Part shown: one piece after another, positions 47,692-52,401 of the stretch | Numbering within the stretch: the stretch's first letter is position 1 | How the letters are laid out: every line of letters starts with the position of its first letter | Sequence record: NC_049466.2 | Source: Escherichia phage vB_EcoM_4HA13 | Length of the DNA stretch: 52,401 nt | Reading direction: 5' to 3' (one strand) | The notes under the pieces: generated by a model | The model's database searches: none | Told to the model about the DNA's origin: nothing | The model's input: the letters and a program-made list of their open reading frames with translations, nothing else | Position numbers and translations under genes: made by a program

Positions 47692-48857
47692 TGACTAAGC
47701 GCTTACAATACCCAACTTATTGGGCATCTGGCGGCACAGCAACTGACCCTGACTTGGACACAACTGCACCAAGTTATGAAGCAAACCGCTACAAACAACA
47801 TGGCTGGCACGCTGAAAAGCCTCCAAATTTTTGGCAAAACTTCTTGTCTCAGATAACTGACGAGAAGATTATTGCTCGCATGGTTGATGGGTTTCAGTTG
47901 TTTGACTCAAGTGTTACTTATTCAGAAGGTGCAGTTTACCGAAAGGGTGACAAGTTTTACAAAATTGAGTCTGGTGTTGAGCAGGAAATTCTGGAAGTTA
48001 AGTTGGCTGTGTACCAGTCCCTTATTGATGGAATGGATAGACTCCTTAGTGACCACCTATCGGCAGACAACCCACACCAAATCACTGTTGATAAATTAGT
48101 TGGTGGTGGATACATCAAGACGGATGTGGATAAGTTCTTTGGCGACCCAAACGACCCACAAACCATTGTGTTCCACAAAGCACAGAAGGGTGCTGGTGTT
48201 CATGGTGAAACTGCTACATCAACTGGTACACTTCCTGCTGCAACTGGCGGGACTTTCACTGGTGATGTTATATTCTTGGATGGTGTGATTATCCAAGTAA
48301 CACCGTCGAAATCTATTCATATGAATAAGGCAACAGCTTTATTTGAAATTGTGAATGGGACATATTCCATTGGTGTTGATGCCAACGGGAATGGGTACAT
48401 TGTAGGTACGTCTGGCACTGCGTTAATTATCTCAGAGTTAAATCTGGATACATTGACGATGAAGTATAACAACTCATATGCCCTTCCTCCCCCATTTATT
48501 AGAGCAAATATGTGCTCAGGTTTGAGTGATGGCAGTGGCATTGGTGTGTGGACTTTGGACACTCCAGCAGACCCAGTATTTGCTGACGGATTGCAAGTTG
48601 ACAATAACGCCGCAGTTCTCACGTTTGAGAGTATCGCCGGAATTCCGGTAACAGTTCATTTGTTAGTAACATTGGCAGATGGAACAAAGCAGTCTATTGT
48701 AAAAGACTTTGCTGACTGGAACTCACACCCACAAACTGGGAGCTTACAGACAGTTGTCGGCAAAGCGTTTGGTGGAACTGACCCTAAATACTTCCGTGAA
48801 TATACGGTGTATCCAACTCTGACAGCTCGACAGAAAACAATGTTGGTGAATAAATAA
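47691..48857 (+). CDS. Tail fibre protein (paralog 1)
   Basis: Shares an HG-x-TAT-x-TG...TGGT-x-GDVIF block with the next gene. Confidence 0.55.
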   Translation: MTKRLQYPTYWASGGTATDPDLDTTAPSYEANRYKQHGWHAEKPPNFWQNFLSQITDEKIIARMVDGFQLFDSSVTYSEGAVYRKGDKFYKIESGVEQEILEVKLAVYQSLIDGMDRLLSDHLSADNPHQITVDKLVGGGYIKTDVDKFFGDPNDPQTIVFHKAQKGAGVHGETATSTGTLPAATGGTFTGDVIFLDGVIIQVTPSKSIHMNKATALFEIVNGTYSIGVDANGNGYIVGTSGTALIISELNLDTLTMKYNNSYALPPPFIRANMCSGLSDGSGIGVWTLDTPADPVFADGLQVDNNAAVLTFESIAGIPVTVHLLVTLADGTKQSIVKDFADWNSHPQTGSLQTVVGKAFGGTDPKYFREYTVYPTLTARQKTMLVNK

Positions 48858-50233
48858 TGCTAAGACCAAAGCTCAACCGTATTTGGACTTCTACAAATGC
48901 GAACTTGCGTCGTGACCCAGGCGATGCCAAATACATTCAAGGTTGGATTTCAGAGATTCCAACTTACCAAGTATTGAACTATCTGCAATACAAGGTGGAT
49001 ACCACACTGTTGGCTTTGGCTGAACGTGGTATCTTTGAATGGGGCAGCGATGTAACATATGGCCTTGCTTCTGTTGTTTGGGATGAAACCGATAAACGAA
49101 TTTACGTTTCGACTGTTGGTGCTCCAGATAAAACAAAAGCTCCGTCAGCAAACTCTGCACATTGGACTCCAAGTTCAATCCAAGTTTCTCGTGCTTCGTA
49201 TGACTCCATTGTAGCAGCAATTAATGCGCACATTGCAGACGTGACAGGCAACCCACATAAGCTAACTGCTGGTCGGTTGAATGCATACAACAAGAACGAG
49301 ACAGATGCAATTGTTGCACAATATCGTGCACTTGTTCTTGCCCACAGTTCTGATAAGAATAATCCGCATGGTGTTACTGCAACTCAAACTGGTGCTGTCC
49401 CTTCCACTGGTGGTACATATTCTGGTGACGTAATCTTCAATGCTGGAGTCTTCTTTGATTCTGGCAAGGTCAACAAGATTAATAAGTCTGGTGGACTGTT
49501 CTTGCAGAATGGTGCAGGACAAATTGGTATCAACGATTCTGGCGTAGGGATGGTTGGTCCAACTAACTCTATGTCCAAGATTGTTACTGAGGCTTCATAT
49601 CCGGGGCTTAAGTCTGCACAAGAACCAGATTATGCAGTGCCGATGCCAAACTTCCAGATGAACTGTGTTCGTGATATTAGTATCCAAACAGGTAGTGGGT
49701 ATGTGGATTCTAACTTCAATCCAATATTCTCTGCTGCCAATGGTTCTTTGGAAATTACCAATACCACGCAGGCAGTTAAATACTCAATTACAGGTTCTGA
49801 GACACTTGGCTCTAGCCAAGAGTGGACTATCAGTTTTGATATTCTTGAAGTAACTCCAAGGATTCCGACAGATGATAATGTAACGATATTAATTGGGATG
49901 GTTAACACCTTCATATATCTTACTGGTTCGAGCTTAATTAGAGCTTGGCGTAGTAATGGTTCTATAAGTGACCTAGTTCAATACCGGTTAACTGGACCAA
50001 TCAATACTTGGTATAAGGTTTCTGCAACATTCAAAGGTAATAACATTACCTTGTTCGTTAATGGTGTTCAAGTGGCACAAGTTACCAATGCGTCTGAAAC
50101 TTCTACTGTGGGTGGTGGACCATTTAGGTTCGACAGCTACACTAAGAGTGCCGATAGTATTCGTACTCTTGATGTTCGCAACATCCGTTTGTGGTCCCAG
50201 ACCCTCACCAACAAACAAGTATCAAATCTGTAA
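48857..50233 (+). CDS. Tail fibre protein with C-terminal LamG/ConA-like lectin domain (paralog 2)
   Basis: N-terminal similarity to upstream fibre; C-terminal ...ITLFVNGVQVA... pattern. Confidence 0.55.
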   Translation: MLRPKLNRIWTSTNANLRRDPGDAKYIQGWISEIPTYQVLNYLQYKVDTTLLALAERGIFEWGSDVTYGLASVVWDETDKRIYVSTVGAPDKTKAPSANSAHWTPSSIQVSRASYDSIVAAINAHIADVTGNPHKLTAGRLNAYNKNETDAIVAQYRALVLAHSSDKNNPHGVTATQTGAVPSTGGTYSGDVIFNAGVFFDSGKVNKINKSGGLFLQNGAGQIGINDSGVGMVGPTNSMSKIVTEASYPGLKSAQEPDYAVPMPNFQMNCVRDISIQTGSGYVDSNFNPIFSAANGSLEITNTTQAVKYSITGSETLGSSQEWTISFDILEVTPRIPTDDNVTILIGMVNTFIYLTGSSLIRAWRSNGSISDLVQYRLTGPINTWYKVSATFKGNNITLFVNGVQVAQVTNASETSTVGGGPFRFDSYTKSADSIRTLDVRNIRLWSQTLTNKQVSNL

Positions 50234-50242
50234 GGAATAACA

Positions 50243-50881
50243 ATGGCTCGTGGATATTCACTTGGTGGACTAATTAATGATTTGTATAAGTTAGTCTACC
50301 CTGTTGGAATTTGCATCGATTTCGATAATGCAACAAATCCAAACACAACTTTCCCAGGAACTACTTGGGTACAGATAACTGATAACAGGGTTGTGCGAAC
50401 TTCAACAAGCGCTACAGTTGGAACCAGTCCGGGGCAGATTGGTGCTATAGCTGGTAATGACACCATAACCTTAGTTGAAGCCAACCTACCTAAGCACGTC
50501 CATTGGATTGACCATTCACACGGAATATATTTTAACTCCGGTGGTGGTGGTGTTCACCAACATACAGTATCAGGAACTACCTCCGATAATGGGTGGCATG
50601 CACACGGCATTGCAATGAAGGGGCAGAACTATGGTGGCTCCAACGGTATTACCGCTTCCAACTCTGCCGCAGCGAAAGGATACATGGATACAAATGGTGC
50701 AGGTACACACAACCACTGGTGGAGTGGTGATAGTTCGTGGAGTGGTGACCACGTACATCTAATTTCAGGCAATACTGGTGGTGCATCTATGGCAAACTCT
50801 GGTGACGGCAATGGTTCAAGTGCTTCAATCAATGCTGCCAACTCCTGTCACTACTATGCAAGATGGAAACGCACTGCATAA
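50243..50881 (+). CDS. Gly/His-rich tail fibre or collar-domain protein
   Basis: Gly-rich repeats with repeated His pairs. Confidence 0.45.
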   Translation: MARGYSLGGLINDLYKLVYPVGICIDFDNATNPNTTFPGTTWVQITDNRVVRTSTSATVGTSPGQIGAIAGNDTITLVEANLPKHVHWIDHSHGIYFNSGGGGVHQHTVSGTTSDNGWHAHGIAMKGQNYGGSNGITASNSAAAKGYMDTNGAGTHNHWWSGDSSWSGDHVHLISGNTGGASMANSGDGNGSSASINAANSCHYYARWKRTA

Positions 50882-50893
50882 CATGGAAACAAA

Positions 50894-51235
50894 ATGGAAA
50901 GAATTTCGTTCCAAATGCTGTGGGATTTAATGCACCAATATGGAGTTCTTCATGGACTCCTTGCTGGAGTTACTGCACTAATTCGTGGTGCATATGAAAG
51001 TGAAGGGCTTGCGAAAGCTCTTCTTGATGCCATGCTTTGTTGCGTTATTGGTGTATTTGCTTTTCAAGTTGCTGGAACGTTTGATACTTTCCAAAGCAAT
51101 ATTACTATGCAGTTGATTCTTGCAATGGTGATTGGGGTTGTCGGAGCTAATCTGATTATAACTTCTGTTCGCGATTGCTTTACATCTGCATTGAAACAGC
51201 TTAATCCGCTTACATGGTTTAAGAAGGCCAAATGA
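50894..51235 (+). CDS. Holin-like membrane protein
   Basis: Three hydrophobic segments and a basic C-terminus; directly upstream of a cell-wall hydrolase gene. Confidence 0.45.
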   Translation: MERISFQMLWDLMHQYGVLHGLLAGVTALIRGAYESEGLAKALLDAMLCCVIGVFAFQVAGTFDTFQSNITMQLILAMVIGVVGANLIITSVRDCFTSALKQLNPLTWFKKAK

Positions 51236-51247
51236 ATAAAGGTGCCC

Positions 51248-51802
51248 ATGATTTCAATCAAAGCACTTGTAATCCTGTTGGCATCTTTCAGTACTCAAGT
51301 CCCAGCTTCGGTTGGGACTCTGAACGATTCGCTTACAGATTTTGCAAGTCATTCCTATTTAAATGGAAGTCTCAAACTATCTTCTTCACAACGGAAAGAG
51401 CTAGATTGTTTAACTAAAGTTATCTGGTTTGAAGCTCGTGGTGAGAGCAAACACGGAAAGATTCTTGTAGCTAATGTCGTTCAAAATCGAATGAACTTCG
51501 GAAAGCCATTCGCTACAACCGTTTGTGGTGTTGTCTATCAACGCAGCCAATTCTCTTGGACACTTGAGTCTAAGAAGAAGCATGCTCGCTTCAAAGATGT
51601 TGCTAAGAAGCATTGGAAAACCGAGCAGAAGCAAATAGAAGATACGATTAGTGTTGCAATGAATGTAATATTGTTCGACGCAAAACCAATCACAGAGGCT
51701 ACTCACTTCTGTACCGCTACGGAACGTTGCAGTTTCAAAAATGTAACTAAACTTGGTCGGTATGGAAATCATAAACTGTACAAGTATAAGGGCAATTCAT
51801 GA
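51248..51802 (+). CDS. SleB-type cell wall hydrolase with N-terminal signal sequence
   Basis: WFEARGE...ANVVQNR...VCGVVYQRSQFS pattern; hydrophobic N-terminus; ATG at 51248 with AAAGG RBS. Confidence 0.55.
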   Translation: MISIKALVILLASFSTQVPASVGTLNDSLTDFASHSYLNGSLKLSSSQRKELDCLTKVIWFEARGESKHGKILVANVVQNRMNFGKPFATTVCGVVYQRSQFSWTLESKKKHARFKDVAKKHWKTEQKQIEDTISVAMNVILFDAKPITEATHFCTATERCSFKNVTKLGRYGNHKLYKYKGNS

Positions 51803-52210
51803 ACGGGTTGACAAAGAATATGTGGAAGGAAGTTGGCTTCTTTACCACTGTAATAGGCCTACTGATTGCCCTAACTTATCTGTAATTTTCGCCAATAAGT
51901 TGCGAGAAATGAGTGGATTTCGTTAGAAATACATCCATTTTGAAGCAGAAATTTATAGAATTCCCTATAAAATAAGTCAAAATATTCTCAATATTGTAGC
52001 AATATTAGGAGTATAAATGGCTTATTCTAGAGGAAATTTAAGCCGAAAAGCTTACTCACTACGTTCGTTTAATCGCTTCTCGCCGTCTTTAAGGTCAAGG
52101 GCATGCTGTAAACTTCTTAATATTTAGCTAATATCGGTTGACTGTTGCTACAATATTTATCTACATAGTCGGTCAACTGTACCAAATTTATTTCAATTTG
52201 AGGGTGGAAT

Positions 52211-52315
52211 ATGAAACCAAATTATGTGGCCATTCGAAAAAGCAAGGAAGCAATGTTTCACAGATTTATAGAAGCAAAGAGGAAGGCGGAATTGGAAGGC
52301 AAGGTTGTAATTTAA
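52211..52315 (+). CDS. Hypothetical small basic protein (34 aa)
   Basis: ATG with GAGGGTGG RBS in the terminal non-coding region; too short to be confident. Confidence 0.25.
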   Translation: MKPNYVAIRKSKEAMFHRFIEAKRKAELEGKVVI

Positions 52316-52401
52316 GTCGGTAAGCGATTCGATTGTTGTGCCAATATTTAAATTTATTTTTTCGGGCAAGCGAGGAGGGAGTGTCCAACGTCCTATCGGA
52401 C

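Noticed and set aside
52137-52160. Sigma-70 promoter TTGACT ... TACAAT
   Set aside because: The two hexamers are only 5 nt apart, not the 16-18 nt needed.
1-52401. Integrase, repressor or other lysogeny functions
   Set aside because: No tyrosine or serine recombinase motifs or CI-like repressor were seen in any ORF translation; the window gives no evidence of a temperate lifestyle.

Overview
The window looks like a contiguous piece of a tailed dsDNA phage genome with essentially every credible gene on the + strand. All homology calls are from motifs read by eye in the ORF translations; no database search, folding or gene-finder was run. Layout: (1) an early/host-takeover region (1-16 kb) with a short single-subunit T7-type RNA polymerase, many small ORFs, an ArdA-like acidic protein, an M15-type endolysin, a spanin pair and about 4 kb of repeat-rich non-coding DNA; (2) a T7-like replication module (16-27 kb) with ThyX-like protein, gp4-like primase-helicase, family-A DNA polymerase interrupted by an HNH-containing intervening sequence, gp6-like exonuclease, ligase, P-loop kinase and dUTPase; (3) a myovirus-type structural module (27.9-51.8 kb) with large terminase, portal, scaffold/protease, capsid, sheath, tube, chaperone, tape measure, Mu-like baseplate, tail fibres, holin and SleB-like lysin. 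The most notable observations are two candidate programmed -1 frameshifts (an Ig-like extension on a head protein, and the tail-chaperone G/GT), a probable group I intron in DNA polymerase motif B, a tape-measure protein with an embedded YqaJ-like nuclease domain, a small protein carrying the exact E. coli SSB C-terminal tail, a conserved promoter-like motif in at least five intergenic copies, an array of 17-bp palindromic operator-like repeats, and two tRNA-like T-arm elements. No integrase, repressor or CRISPR array was recognised.
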